Assembly (NCBI GenBank): GCA_045863855.1
Contig: BTVV01000001.1
Location: 1 to 64,000 of the forward strand
DNA: 64,000 nt
Origin: Planctomycetota bacterium
Lineage (GTDB): Bacteria; Planctomycetota; SZUA-567; H5-PLA8
Reading direction: 5' to 3'
Shown one piece after another: positions 8,736-21,938 of this stretch (the stretch's first letter is position 1; every line of letters starts with the position of its first letter). The position numbers and the translations under genes were made by a program. Under the pieces are notes generated by a model that ran no database searches, was not told the origin of the DNA, and saw nothing but the letters and a program-made list of their open reading frames with translations.

Positions 8736-10901
8736 ATGGATCAGCCTGCAGCGAGTGCCACCGGGGAGCGCCTTGATGCGCCGCCGGATGCTCCGCCGGC
8801 CGCGCCCCCCACGGTCGCGCCGGAAGTGGGGCCGCGCTATCTGAACCGCGAGTTGCAGTGGCTGGAGTTCAACCGCCGGGTGCTGCATGAGGCGCTGGAC
8901 GAACGCACGCCGTTGATGGAGCGGGTGCGATTCCTGAGCATCTACAATTCGAACCTCGACGAGTTTTTCATGAAGCGGGTGGGCGGTCTGTGCCGCCAGC
9001 GCGCCGCGGGTTTGCTCTCGCGGACGGCCGACGGGCGCACGCCGCAGGAACAGTTGCAGGCCATCCGGCGCGCGGTGGAGCCCCAGTTGGTGAAGCTGGC
9101 GGAGTGCTTCCAGCAAGTGCTGCATCCGGCGCTGACGGCAAACGGCGTGCATCTGCTGGAGTGGAACCAGTTGGCGGACGCCGAGCGACAGTGCGCGCGG
9201 TCATACTTCCGGGCCAACGTTTTCCCGGTGCTTACGCCGCTGGCCGTCGATCCCGGGCATCCGTTCCCGTTCATCAGCAACCTGACGACTTCGCTGGGGG
9301 TGATGCTGCGGCATCCGGACCGCGAGGAGAAGCTCTTCGCGCGCGTCAAAGTTCCGGACGTGCTGCCGGCGTGGGTGCGCGTGAACGCGTCGGAAGACGG
9401 CGGGCATCGCTTCCTGCGTCTGGCCGACCTGATCCGGCACAACCTGCAGGACTTGTTTCCGAACATGGTGCTGCTGGGCGTGATGCCGTTCCGCGTGACG
9501 CGCAACGCCGACGTGGAGCACGACGAGGACGACGCCGAAGATCTGCTCGAGATGGTGGAAGAAGAATTGCGCCAGCGGCGCTTCGCGCGCGCGGTGCGGC
9601 TCGAACACGGTCCCCATCCGCACCCGTGGATTCTGAAAGTGCTCGTGGACCAGCTCGAACTGGCCGACGACGACGTGTACGAGATGCCGGTCGAGCTCGA
9701 TTATACGAGTCTGGGGCAGATCGCCGACCTAAACCTTCCGGCGCTGAAGTACCGCCCGCATGTGCCGGCCGTTCCGCCGCTGCTGGGCGACGAGGACCTG
9801 GATCTGTTCAGCACGATTCGGAACGGCGACGTGCTGGTGCACATGCCGTACGAGAGCTTCAACGCGAGCGTCGAGCGCTTCATCCTGGCGGCGGCCGACG
9901 ATCCGAAGGTGCTGGCGATCAAGATGACGGTCTACCGGACGGGGGAGAACAGCCCGTTCATCCACGCGCTGGTGCGTGCCGCGCAGTCGGGCAAGCAGGT
10001 GGTCTGCCTGGTGGAACTGAAAGCGCGCTTCGACGAAGAGCGGAATATTTACTGGGCGCACCAGCTCGAAAAGGTCGGCGTGCATGTCGTCTACGGCGTA
10101 GTGGGCCTGAAGACGCACAACAAGACGGCGCTGGTGGTGCGGCAGGAGCCCGAGGGCCTGCGGCTGTATGCGCACATCGGCACCGGCAACTACAACAGCA
10201 CGACGGCGCGGCTGTACACCGATTTGGGGCTGTTGACGTGCCGCCCCGAGATCACCGAGGATCTCGTCGAGGTTTTTCACTTCCTGACCGGCCGGTCGCT
10301 GAAGCGCGAATACCGCAAACTGCTCGTCGCGCCGGTGACGATGCGCGACCGGTTCCTGGAGATGATCCGCCGCGAAGCCGCACACGCGCGCGCCGGCCGG
10401 CCCGCTCAGATTTACGCCAAGATGAACCAGCTCGAGGACGGCCCTGTGATCGAGGCGCTGTACGAGGCCAGCCAGGCGGGCGTGGCTATCGACTTGGTGG
10501 TGCGCGGATTCTGCTGCTTGCGTCCGGGCGTGCCGGGGATGAGCGAGCGGATCCGCGTCGCCTCGGTGATCGGGCGGTTCCTGGAGCACAGCCGGATTTA
10601 CTTCTTCCGCAACGGGGCCGAAGATCCGCTGGACGGCGATTTCTTCATCGGTTCGGCGGACTGGATGTACCGCAACCTCAGTTCGCGCGTGGAAGTCGTC
10701 GCGCCGATCGAAGGGCGCGCGCTGCGCGAGCGGCTGTGGGAAATCCTGCAAGTGATGCGCCGCGACCAGCGTCAGGCGTGGGACATGCATCCGGACGGAA
10801 CCTATGTCCAGCGCACGCCGCCGCATGACAGCGAAGGTCCCGAGGCGGCGGGGACGCACCAGGCGCTGATCAATCTCGCGCGCAAGCGCGCGGGTCTGTA
10901 A
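8736..10901 (+). CDS. ppk1: polyphosphate kinase 1
   Basis: NRELQWLEFN, SNLDEFFMKRV, ELKARFDEE, GRFLEHSR, GSADWM. Confidence 0.97.
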   Translation: MDQPAASATGERLDAPPDAPPAAPPTVAPEVGPRYLNRELQWLEFNRRVLHEALDERTPLMERVRFLSIYNSNLDEFFMKRVGGLCRQRAAGLLSRTADGRTPQEQLQAIRRAVEPQLVKLAECFQQVLHPALTANGVHLLEWNQLADAERQCARSYFRANVFPVLTPLAVDPGHPFPFISNLTTSLGVMLRHPDREEKLFARVKVPDVLPAWVRVNASEDGGHRFLRLADLIRHNLQDLFPNMVLLGVMPFRVTRNADVEHDEDDAEDLLEMVEEELRQRRFARAVRLEHGPHPHPWILKVLVDQLELADDDVYEMPVELDYTSLGQIADLNLPALKYRPHVPAVPPLLGDEDLDLFSTIRNGDVLVHMPYESFNASVERFILAAADDPKVLAIKMTVYRTGENSPFIHALVRAAQSGKQVVCLVELKARFDEERNIYWAHQLEKVGVHVVYGVVGLKTHNKTALVVRQEPEGLRLYAHIGTGNYNSTTARLYTDLGLLTCRPEITEDLVEVFHFLTGRSLKREYRKLLVAPVTMRDRFLEMIRREAAHARAGRPAQIYAKMNQLEDGPVIEALYEASQAGVAIDLVVRGFCCLRPGVPGMSERIRVASVIGRFLEHSRIYFFRNGAEDPLDGDFFIGSADWMYRNLSSRVEVVAPIEGRALRERLWEILQVMRRDQRQAWDMHPDGTYVQRTPPHDSEGPEAAGTHQALINLARKRAGL

Positions 10902-10916
10902 TTTCGGCCGCGGCCC

Positions 10917-11080
10917 AGGCTCTATCCCGAAAGGCTACTTCGGCGTCTGCTTGCGGGGAGCTGCGCAGCGCTTCGTCGGCCCCGCTTGCTGTATCTACTC
11001 TAGAGATACAGCGCGTTCGGCTTCCTCGCCCTGCTTGGTCCGCGCGTCGCATACGCTTTCGAAGCGATTCGGGACAGAAC

Positions 11081-11082
<2 letters not shown>
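10917..11082. mobile_element. MITE-like element between convergent genes
   Basis: TIR AGGCTCTATCCCGAA / TTCGGGACAGAACCT, no ORF. Confidence 0.75.
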
Positions 11083-13867
<2,785 letters not shown>

Positions 13868-14015
13868 CGGAATTCGGCGGCTCCGTATGCATACAGATAC
13901 CGGGCGAGCGCCGGACGCGCGAACCCTGAAAGGCGCGCCGGCCGTTCGCCCAGCCGGTGTTGGCCAGTTCAAAGCGGCTCCGCTAAACTCCGCTTTCGGC
14001 CTCGGCGGAGTTGTC

Positions 14016-14795
14016 ATGACATACCCCAGCAGCAGCACATCGTCGCGCGAGCTTAAGGCGCTGCACACGCCCGAGGCGATCCGGCGGCGCTTGCGGGACG
14101 GCCAGGAGCCGGGGTATCTGCGCGATCTGATCTACGGCGGGATCGACGGCACAGTCACGACCTTCGCCGTGGTCGCGGGCGTGGTGGGCGCCGAACTTGC
14201 GGCGGGCATCGTGGTCGTGCTGGGGCTGGCGAATCTGTTCGCCGACGGCTTTAGCATGGCGGTGAGCAATTACCTGGGCACGCGCGCCGAAGAACAAGTC
14301 CGCGAACGCGCGCGGCGGCTCGAAGAGAAGCACATCGAACTGGTGCCCGACGGGGAGCGCGAAGAGATCCGGCAGATCTTCGCCGCCAAAGGCTTCGAAG
14401 GCGCGGACCTGGACCGCGCGGTGGAAGTGATCACCGCCGACCGCCGACGCTGGGTGGATACGATGCTGCAAGACGAACTGGGCATGCCGTTGCAAGGCCC
14501 ATCGGCGATCAAGGCCGCGTGCGCGACCTTCGGCGCATTTCTGGCGGCCGGTTCGATCCCGCTGCTTCCGTACCTGTACCCCGTGGTGCTGGGCGGACAT
14601 CTGGCGCATCCGTTCGTGTGGAGTTCCGCGGCGACGGGCGCGGCGTTCTTCGGCATCGGCGCGCTCAAATCGCGCGTGGTGGACCAGCGCTGGTACCGTT
14701 CGGGGACCGAGACGCTGCTGGTGGGCGGCGGCGCGGCGGCGCTGGCGTACGCCGTCGGCGTTTTCCTTAAAGGCTTTGCGGGCGCGAGCGGATGA
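14016..14795 (+). CDS. VIT1/CCC1 family transporter
   Basis: YGGIDGTVTTFA, LANLFADGFSMA. Confidence 0.9.
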   Translation: MTYPSSSTSSRELKALHTPEAIRRRLRDGQEPGYLRDLIYGGIDGTVTTFAVVAGVVGAELAAGIVVVLGLANLFADGFSMAVSNYLGTRAEEQVRERARRLEEKHIELVPDGEREEIRQIFAAKGFEGADLDRAVEVITADRRRWVDTMLQDELGMPLQGPSAIKAACATFGAFLAAGSIPLLPYLYPVVLGGHLAHPFVWSSAATGAAFFGIGALKSRVVDQRWYRSGTETLLVGGGAAALAYAVGVFLKGFAGASG

Positions 14796-15847
14796 CCGCG
14801 CTGCTCTTGCCGCCCGCGGCGATCCTGGCCTGCGCGCCGGTGGGCGAAGGCGCCGGCATCGAGCTGGGCCGCTCGCGCGAAGGACGCGTGCTGCGCGGCT
14901 TCGTCTTCGGATCGGGCGCGCGGCGCGTCAGCCTGATCGGCGGCTGCCACGCCGACGAGCCGGTGGGTCCGTGGCTGCTTCGGCGGCTCGCGGCGTACCT
15001 GGACCATCTGCCGCCGGCGCATCCGCTGCTCACGCAGGCCCACTGGACGCTCGTCCCGCACGCCAACCCCGACGGCGAAGCGCGCAACCGTGCGTGGTCG
15101 GAGCCCGAAGGCGCGGCGCCGCCGCTCGACGCGGGTTTCGATCCGCTCCTGTATCTGCGCCACGCGTCGCGCGAACTGCCCGGCGACGATATCGAGTTCG
15201 GCTTTCCGCGCGAGTCCGGCGACGTGGAGGCGCGTCCCGAGAACCGCGCGGTGGCTGCGTTTCTTCGCGCGCACGGGCCGTTCGAGCTGCACGCGAGCCT
15301 GCACGGGATGGCCTACGCCGGCGGGCCGTGGTTTTTGCTCGACGAAGCGTGGAGCGCGCGAAGCGAACCGTTTCAGGCCGAGTTGCGCGCGCTGACGGAG
15401 GCGCTGGGTTACCGGCTTCACGACGTCCAGCGCCACGGCGAAAAGGGGTTCGTGCGCATCGCGCGGGGCTTTTGCACGCGCCCCAACCATCTTGCGATGC
15501 AGGCGCATTTCCGGGCGCGCAACGATCCCGAGATGGCCGCGCGTTTCCGGCCCAGCAGCATGGAATTCGTCCGCGCGCTGGGCGGCGACGCGTTGACACT
15601 GGTCAGCGAGATGCCGCTCTTCACGGTGGAAGGCTTGGGCGACCGGATCGAGCCGTCGGATCCGGCAGCCGAGCGCCTGCGCGGGACGGTGCTGCCGCGT
15701 GTGCAGAGCCTGCTCTTGAAGGACGAGCCCGCGGCGCGCGCGGCACTGGCCGAAGGTGGCGTGCGCGCGATGCCGATCGGCGAACAGATGCGGCTGCAAC
15801 TGGGGATGATCGAGGCGGGCCTGCGGCTGGTGAGCGCGGGTAGCTGA
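14792..15847 (+). CDS. M14 zinc carboxypeptidase-like protein
   Basis: GCHADEP, ANPDG, SLHGM. Confidence 0.75.
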   Translation: MTALLLPPAAILACAPVGEGAGIELGRSREGRVLRGFVFGSGARRVSLIGGCHADEPVGPWLLRRLAAYLDHLPPAHPLLTQAHWTLVPHANPDGEARNRAWSEPEGAAPPLDAGFDPLLYLRHASRELPGDDIEFGFPRESGDVEARPENRAVAAFLRAHGPFELHASLHGMAYAGGPWFLLDEAWSARSEPFQAELRALTEALGYRLHDVQRHGEKGFVRIARGFCTRPNHLAMQAHFRARNDPEMAARFRPSSMEFVRALGGDALTLVSEMPLFTVEGLGDRIEPSDPAAERLRGTVLPRVQSLLLKDEPAARAALAEGGVRAMPIGEQMRLQLGMIEAGLRLVSAGS

Positions 15848-15849
15848 CG

Positions 15850-17466
15850 CTACGGCTTCTCGGCGACGAGGAGCAGGTTGGTGGGCGGCCAGGGGATCGG
15901 TTCGAGCGCGTCGCCGCGGCGTTCGTAAAGCCGCGCGCGGCCTTCGTAGCGATTGCGGATCGACCAGGGGTTGGCGTAGGCGCGCGAACCGGGATGAATG
16001 CGAAAGCCGGCGGCTTCGGCGGCGCGCGTCCAGTCGGCGAAACTCCAGAAGCAGAACGTCTCGTGCATTTCGCTCTGCCAGTTATCGGTGTAATCCTTTT
16101 TGCTCAGGAATTCGCAGGCGTCGCGCAGCGCCAGGACGGCCACGCGTCCGGCTGGCCCGTCTTCGTAGCGGTGCGGCAGGGCGTAGCCTTCGGCGGCGCG
16201 GTAATCTCGGGCGAAGCGCAGAAAGCGCGCGGCGGTGGAGAGGCCGTCGAGGTAGGCGCGGAGTTCGTCGCGCGCATCCGCGGGAAACGCGCGCTCCCAA
16301 TCGCCGTTGCGGCCGTCGGCGGCGTCGAGCCAGAGGCGGACTTCGCGCCCGCCGTCTTCGGGGCCGACGACATCCACGTTCAACCAGCGGCCGCCCGGCG
16401 CGAGCTGTTCGAAGAGCAGGCGCAGGAAGCCGGTGAGCGCGCCGCGGCCCTGGTAGGATTCGAGTTCGTGGGTGAGCGAGAAGGTGGTGAAGACGTTGAC
16501 CGAGTGCGGCGGGAAGATGCCGCGCTGGGCGGCGTTGCGGCGGTAAAAGAAGACGTGCTCGTTGGCGAAGTGGCCCTGTTCTTTGCGGTGCAGGCATTCT
16601 TCGTGCAGATGGCGCGCGACTTCGATGCCGTAAAAGTCCGACTCGTCGAGTCGCTCGTCGAGCGTCATCTCGCGGATCACGGAGCCGGTGCAGCAACCGA
16701 CGTCGACGATGCGTCCGGGGAGCATGAAAGGCTTGACGATCTCGTACTTGCGCGGCGCGCCTTCGTCGAAGCTGCGCACGTAGGTGTTGTAATCGCGCGT
16801 GGCGGTGAGGTCGCCGTCGTCGCCGAGCAGCGGATCGCGGAAGAGATCGAGGAGCATCTCGGGGTAGGCGTACTTCTCGAAGAGATCGCGGGTGGCCGGC
16901 GCGAGCGCGCTTTGCCAGGCGGGCGTGGCGCGGAAGTCCGCTCCGTTCAGCCCGGCGTCCACGCATTCGGTGAGCAATTCCCAGGGCGTGCGCGCGGCAA
17001 AGCGCGGCGGATCGAGCGCTTCCAGTTCGACGGGCAGGATCTGGAAGCCGAGCGTTTCGTACTGGGCCAGCACTTCGGGCGTCGAGCAGCCCACGACGCA
17101 ATTTTCCGGCGCGAGGCGAAAGCGCCCGCGGCTCTCGACTTCGATCTTCTTGACCACGTACTCGGCGAAGCGCGGCGAGCGGCCCACGTCGTCGACGAGA
17201 TAGACGTAGTGCTTGCCGGGCAGGCCGAGCGCGAAGAGTTCGATGGCGACTTCGCGGTGGTGCGCGGGGAGCGGATTGCGGCGCGTGTTGGCGTGGTTGG
17301 CGCTGGTGACGGCCCAGAGGACGGTATCGACGGGGCCGGAGAGTTTCAGCGGCCGGCCGCGCAGATCGCGGAGCGTATCGCGCGGCGCGGCGAGCACACG
17401 CGCCAGATAATCGCGCTGGTAGTTCGTGAGCGCGTGGTGGCGGCCGGGGAAGAGCAGGACGGCCAT
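15850..17466 (-). CDS. nucleotidyltransferase-like N-domain fused to class I SAM methyltransferase
   Basis: LLFPGRHH...TSAN...RNPL N-terminus; IVDVGCCTG, LAPGGR C-domain. Confidence 0.7.
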   Translation of the reverse strand: MAVLLFPGRHHALTNYQRDYLARVLAAPRDTLRDLRGRPLKLSGPVDTVLWAVTSANHANTRRNPLPAHHREVAIELFALGLPGKHYVYLVDDVGRSPRFAEYVVKKIEVESRGRFRLAPENCVVGCSTPEVLAQYETLGFQILPVELEALDPPRFAARTPWELLTECVDAGLNGADFRATPAWQSALAPATRDLFEKYAYPEMLLDLFRDPLLGDDGDLTATRDYNTYVRSFDEGAPRKYEIVKPFMLPGRIVDVGCCTGSVIREMTLDERLDESDFYGIEVARHLHEECLHRKEQGHFANEHVFFYRRNAAQRGIFPPHSVNVFTTFSLTHELESYQGRGALTGFLRLLFEQLAPGGRWLNVDVVGPEDGGREVRLWLDAADGRNGDWERAFPADARDELRAYLDGLSTAARFLRFARDYRAAEGYALPHRYEDGPAGRVAVLALRDACEFLSKKDYTDNWQSEMHETFCFWSFADWTRAAEAAGFRIHPGSRAYANPWSIRNRYEGRARLYERRGDALEPIPWPPTNLLLVAEKP

Positions 17467-17549
17467 GGGGATCCTCTCGGGCACGCGGGCGCCGCTCGTT
17501 GCAGACGCGCGCGCGGAGCGTATTTTGAGGGCGCCCCGGGAGCGCGGCA

Positions 17550-18491
17550 ATGCCGGAACTGCCCGACGTGACGATTTACGTGGAGGCGCTGCGCCGGACG
17601 GTTCGGGGGCAGACACTGCGGCGCGTGCGCATCGCGAGCCCGTTCGTCGTGCGCAGCGTCGAGCCGCCGGTCTTTGCCGCCGAAGGGCGCGTGCTGCAAA
17701 GCGTCTCGCGCCTGGGCAAGCGCATTGTCCTGGGCTTCGACGAGGATTATTACTTCGTCCTGCACCTGATGATCGCGGGACGGCTGCGCTGGGAAGCGCC
17801 GGACGCGAAAGCGCCGCCGAAGCTGGGGCTGGCGGCGTTCGAGTTCGAGCGCGGGACGCTCCTGTTCACCGAAGCGGGCACGAAGAAGCGCGCAAGTCTG
17901 CACGCGGCGCAAGGCGCGGCGGCGCTGGCCGCGCATGCGCGGGGCGGGCGGGACGTCTTTGCGCTGGATGCGAGCGCGTTCGCTACGGAGTTGCGGCGCG
18001 AGAACCATACGCTGAAGCGCGCGCTGACCGATCCGCGGTTCTTCGACGGCATCGGAAACGCGTACGGCGACGAGATCCTGCACGCGGCGGGGTTGTCGCC
18101 GGTGGCGCTGACGGGAAAGTTGAGCGACGAAGCGGCCGCGCGGCTGCACGCGGCGGCGCGGCGCGTGCTGGCGGCGGGGCTGGAGCGATTGCGCGCGCAG
18201 TTCGCGGAGCGCTTTCCCGGGCCCGGCGAGATCACGGCGTTCCGGCCGGAGTTCGCGGTGCACGGCAAGTACGGGCAGCCGTGCCCGGTCTGCGGCACGA
18301 ATGTGCAGCGGATTCGCTACGCCGAGAACGAGACGAACTACTGCCCGCGCTGCCAGACCGGCGGCAAGCTGCTCGCCGACCGCTCGTTATCGCGGCTTTT
18401 GAAGGACGACTGGCCGCGGACGATCGAGGAACTGGAGGACGCGCGCGCGGTTCCGCCGGCTGAGCCGCCTCGCCAGAAGCGGAGTTCGTGA
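17550..18491 (+). CDS. Fpg/Nei family DNA glycosylase
   Basis: MPELPDV, HLMIAG, GIGNAYGDE, C-terminal CPVC...CPRCQ. Confidence 0.93.
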   Translation: MPELPDVTIYVEALRRTVRGQTLRRVRIASPFVVRSVEPPVFAAEGRVLQSVSRLGKRIVLGFDEDYYFVLHLMIAGRLRWEAPDAKAPPKLGLAAFEFERGTLLFTEAGTKKRASLHAAQGAAALAAHARGGRDVFALDASAFATELRRENHTLKRALTDPRFFDGIGNAYGDEILHAAGLSPVALTGKLSDEAAARLHAAARRVLAAGLERLRAQFAERFPGPGEITAFRPEFAVHGKYGQPCPVCGTNVQRIRYAENETNYCPRCQTGGKLLADRSLSRLLKDDWPRTIEELEDARAVPPAEPPRQKRSS

Positions 18492-18498
18492 AGCGAAA

Positions 18499-19734
18499 TC
18501 AGGCCGGCGCGGCGTTGCGGAAGATCGCGAAGCTGCTGGTGAAGCCGTGGATGTAGGTGGTGCCGCCGACGGGTCCGATCTCGCCGTTGCAGAAGAATCC
18601 GGCGAGGGGGACGTCGCCGAGGCAGGCGCGGAAGGCGTCGCTGTCGTGGTTGGGGCGCCCGTACATGTGTTTACCGCGGCCGAGGCACGAGAAGAGCAGC
18701 GCGCCGGCGGGCGGCGCGCCGAGCGCTTCGCCTTTGCCTTCGCTGAGCAGCGCTGTGGCGTAGCGGCGCAGAATCTGGAGCAGTTCGTGTTCGGCGGCTT
18801 GCGCGTCGCGGACGTGGAACTGGACGACCTGCCCTTCGCGCAAATACGTGCCGACGATCAGCGCGCCGGCCTGCGGGTCCATGCCTATGACGTTGCGGAT
18901 CAAGAAGTCGCCGGCGTGCCACGGCGGCGCGCGGTAAGGATCCATGATCAGGCCCATGAAGAGCGCCGAGCGGATCAGTTCGCGGTCGCGTTCGGGGGCT
19001 TCCTGAAAAAGCTCGGCGACGATTTCGAGCGGTTTTTTTCCGTCTAATTCCTGAAGCACGTTCTGGCGGCACTTGGTGACGCGGACCGGCACGCCGATGG
19101 GCCGGCAGCCTTGGGCGACCAGCGGATCGATGCGCACGCCGCCGGAAACGGCCAGCCCCGTGCTGCCTTCGCGGTAGGCCCGCCCGTCGAGGAATAGGGC
19201 GTTGCGCCCGGCCTGGCGCGCGCCGCTGATGAGCCCGCCGACCTTGACCGCTTCGGGGTACGCGAAGTCGAGCCCGCGCAGCAGATCTTCGACGCGCGCG
19301 CTGAAGGGATCGCAGTGCAGGATAAAATGGGGCTTGCGTTCAGGCGATAAATTCAGAGCCGCATGCCAGGCGCGCGGACCGGCGTCCTGATCGGGGAGCG
19401 CTTCGTTGGGCCAGTGGTACGGTGTCAGTTCGACGCCGGGGAGCCAGGCCGCGGCCAAGGCAAGGCCGGGCTGGTGCTCGGTCTCGCGCATACCGCCGAT
19501 CAGGCCCGCGGCCGAGCCGCCGAACATGTGCCGGGGGCCGAAGGCTTCCTGCAAGCGCGCGGCGAGGCGGTCGTAGAGCGGTTCGAAGTGCGGCGAGGCG
19601 TAAACGATGAGCACGTCGGGGCGCGTACCGCCCAACTGCGGGCCGAAGTGGCGGCGCGCGTCTTCGAGCGCGGGTTCCAGTTCGCCCATATCGCTCATGA
19701 AGGAGGCGAAGCGCATCGTCGTGGTCAAGGACAT
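18499..19734 (-). CDS. FIST N/C domain signal transduction protein
   Basis: VAQGCRPIG, VQFHVRDA, LLFSCLGRG, GFFCNGEIGP. Confidence 0.9.
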   Translation of the reverse strand: MSLTTTMRFASFMSDMGELEPALEDARRHFGPQLGGTRPDVLIVYASPHFEPLYDRLAARLQEAFGPRHMFGGSAAGLIGGMRETEHQPGLALAAAWLPGVELTPYHWPNEALPDQDAGPRAWHAALNLSPERKPHFILHCDPFSARVEDLLRGLDFAYPEAVKVGGLISGARQAGRNALFLDGRAYREGSTGLAVSGGVRIDPLVAQGCRPIGVPVRVTKCRQNVLQELDGKKPLEIVAELFQEAPERDRELIRSALFMGLIMDPYRAPPWHAGDFLIRNVIGMDPQAGALIVGTYLREGQVVQFHVRDAQAAEHELLQILRRYATALLSEGKGEALGAPPAGALLFSCLGRGKHMYGRPNHDSDAFRACLGDVPLAGFFCNGEIGPVGGTTYIHGFTSSFAIFRNAAPA

Positions 19735-19793
19735 GGGTTCGGCTTCACCTATCCGCTCGTTCCGCCGGACATCCTACCGAACGCTCGCCGCGC

Positions 19794-21020
19794 TTACCAG
19801 TCGTGCACGCTGCCGTCGGCGCGGCGGGCGATGGGCAAGTACGCGGGCTTGTACTCGTGCTTGCGCGCGAGGTCTTCGTTTACGTCGGTGCCCAAGCCGG
19901 GCTTGTCGGAGACGTACAGGAAGCCGCTGCGCAATTCGGGGCCGCCGGGAATCACGTCGCGGACGACGTCGGGGAAGCGGACCATCTCCTGCACGCCGAA
20001 GTTCGGGACGGCCAGATCGAGGTGGACATTGGCCGCATGCGCGACGGGCGAGATGTCGCCGGGGCCGTGCCAGGCGGTCTGGACCTGATAGGTTTCTGCG
20101 AGGATCGCGATTTTGCGCGCTTCGGTGATGCCGCCGACGTGCGACAGATCGCAGCGGATGTAGTCGATGAGCTGTTCGGCGATGAGCGGGAGGCATTCCC
20201 AGCGGTTGGTGAAGAGTTCGCCCATGGCCAGCGGGGTCGTCGAGGCCTGGCGCACGAGGCGGAAGGACTCTTTGTGCTCGGGGCGCAGCGCGTCTTCGAG
20301 GAAGTAGAGGTGGAAGGGCTCGAGTTCCTTGGCGAGGCGCGCGGCCTGGACGGGCGTGAGCCGTTCGTGGACGTCGTGGAAGATGTCGATCTCGTCGCCG
20401 AGGTTGGCGCGAAGGTGTTCGAAGAGCGCGGGAATGGTGCGCAGGTACGGGCCGGGCTCGAAGACTTCGACGTGCGGGCGCGCGTTGGGGCCTGGGGTGT
20501 TGGTCCAGGTGGCGAGTGCGGCTTCCTTGCCGCCGCCGATGCCGTAGGTGCCGCCCGATCCGGGAATCGCGACCTGCGCGCGAATGACGGTGAAGCCGGC
20601 TTCCATGTGTTCGCGGATGCGGTCTTCGGTTTCCTTGAAGTCGCGCCCGCCGGCGTGCGTGTACGCGCGCGCGCCGGCGCGGTTCTTGCCGCCCAGCAGC
20701 GAATAGACCGGGCGGTTGGCGGCTTTGCCCTTGATGTCCCACAGCGCCATGTCCACGCCGGCGAGGGCTGTCATCAGCACCGGCCCGCCGCGCCAGTACG
20801 CGCCGCGAAAGAGATCCTGCCAGATGTGCTCGACGTTATCCGGATCGCGCCCGATCAGGAGCGGGCCGATGTGCTCCTTCAGCGCCGCGGCGACGGAGAG
20901 TTCGCGCCCGTTAAGCGTCGCGTCGCCGACGCCGTAGACGCCGGCATCGGTGAGGATCTTGACGAGGACGTAATTGCGGCTGGGGCAGGTGACGATGGTG
21001 CGGACTTCGGTGATCTTCAC
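19794..21020 (-). CDS. D-mannonate dehydratase ManD/RspA family (enolase superfamily)
   Basis: GDATLNGRE, YWRGGP, HDVHER, WHGPGD, DGSVHDW. Confidence 0.9.
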   Translation of the reverse strand: MKITEVRTIVTCPSRNYVLVKILTDAGVYGVGDATLNGRELSVAAALKEHIGPLLIGRDPDNVEHIWQDLFRGAYWRGGPVLMTALAGVDMALWDIKGKAANRPVYSLLGGKNRAGARAYTHAGGRDFKETEDRIREHMEAGFTVIRAQVAIPGSGGTYGIGGGKEAALATWTNTPGPNARPHVEVFEPGPYLRTIPALFEHLRANLGDEIDIFHDVHERLTPVQAARLAKELEPFHLYFLEDALRPEHKESFRLVRQASTTPLAMGELFTNRWECLPLIAEQLIDYIRCDLSHVGGITEARKIAILAETYQVQTAWHGPGDISPVAHAANVHLDLAVPNFGVQEMVRFPDVVRDVIPGGPELRSGFLYVSDKPGLGTDVNEDLARKHEYKPAYLPIARRADGSVHDW

Positions 21021-21080
21021 GCGCGCGCTCCTGGAGGCGGTACGCCTTCCAGTATGCCGGGCGCGTCGCGCGTGGAAAGG

Positions 21081-21917
21081 TCAGGCTTGGGCCGTCTCGG
21101 GCACGCCCACGTCCTCCGCCGCCGGCCCGCGCTCGGGCCGCGCGCCGCGCTTCCAGAAGACGAACGGATGCAGCATCTGGCCCAGATAACCGCGCGCGAT
21201 GGGCTCGTGGATGCCGACGCGTTCGGGCTCATGGTCCGGGCAGCGGTAGGTGCCGAAGAGCACGTCCATCAGCGGCGAGATGTTGGCGTAGTTGCCGGCC
21301 TCGCGGTCGCGGTCGTGGTGCCAGTGGTGGAGTTCGGGCGCGCCGAAGAGGACGCGGAGCGGTCCGGTGTTCAAGCGCACGTTGGAGTGGATGTAGATTG
21401 CCCAGAGCCCGCGGAAGGCGATCAGTCCGGCGAGCGTCTCAAGCGGGAAGCCGAGGACGAACGCGGGCAGATTGATCAAGCCCATCGTGTAGACGGTATC
21501 GACGGGATGCTCGCGGTGCGCGGCGAGCCAGTCGAGGTGTTCGGAACTGTGATGGATCGAATGGAAGCGCCAGAGAAAGCCGACTTTGTGCTGCAAGCGG
21601 TGCCCCCAGTAGACGCACAGGTCGCTGAGCACCACGACTTCGATCGCCTGGAGCCACCACGGTTGCGCGGCCACGGCGGCGCGAAAGCCCGCGGGCATGA
21701 AGCCGTCGAGGTGGTCGGCGAAGTGGACCAGGAGCGCGAAGACCAGCCCGCCCCAGAGCAGGTACTGGCCCAGGAAGAAGCACAGATCGATGAACCATTC
21801 GCGCCGGAAGAAGCGCTGCCCCGGCTTCGCCGGGAAGGCCCATTCGAGCGGGCGGAAGAGGACGACCAGAAAGAGCAGGCTCAGTCCGGCGCCGAGCAGC
21901 ATGTCGAGGGTGGGCAT
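21081..21917 (-). CDS. sterol desaturase / fatty acid hydroxylase family protein
   Basis: His boxes HRLQH, HSIHHS, HHWHH. Confidence 0.88.
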   Translation of the reverse strand: MPTLDMLLGAGLSLLFLVVLFRPLEWAFPAKPGQRFFRREWFIDLCFFLGQYLLWGGLVFALLVHFADHLDGFMPAGFRAAVAAQPWWLQAIEVVVLSDLCVYWGHRLQHKVGFLWRFHSIHHSSEHLDWLAAHREHPVDTVYTMGLINLPAFVLGFPLETLAGLIAFRGLWAIYIHSNVRLNTGPLRVLFGAPELHHWHHDRDREAGNYANISPLMDVLFGTYRCPDHEPERVGIHEPIARGYLGQMLHPFVFWKRGARPERGPAAEDVGVPETAQA

Positions 21918-21938
21918 GGGCGAGTCCTCTGAGACGAT

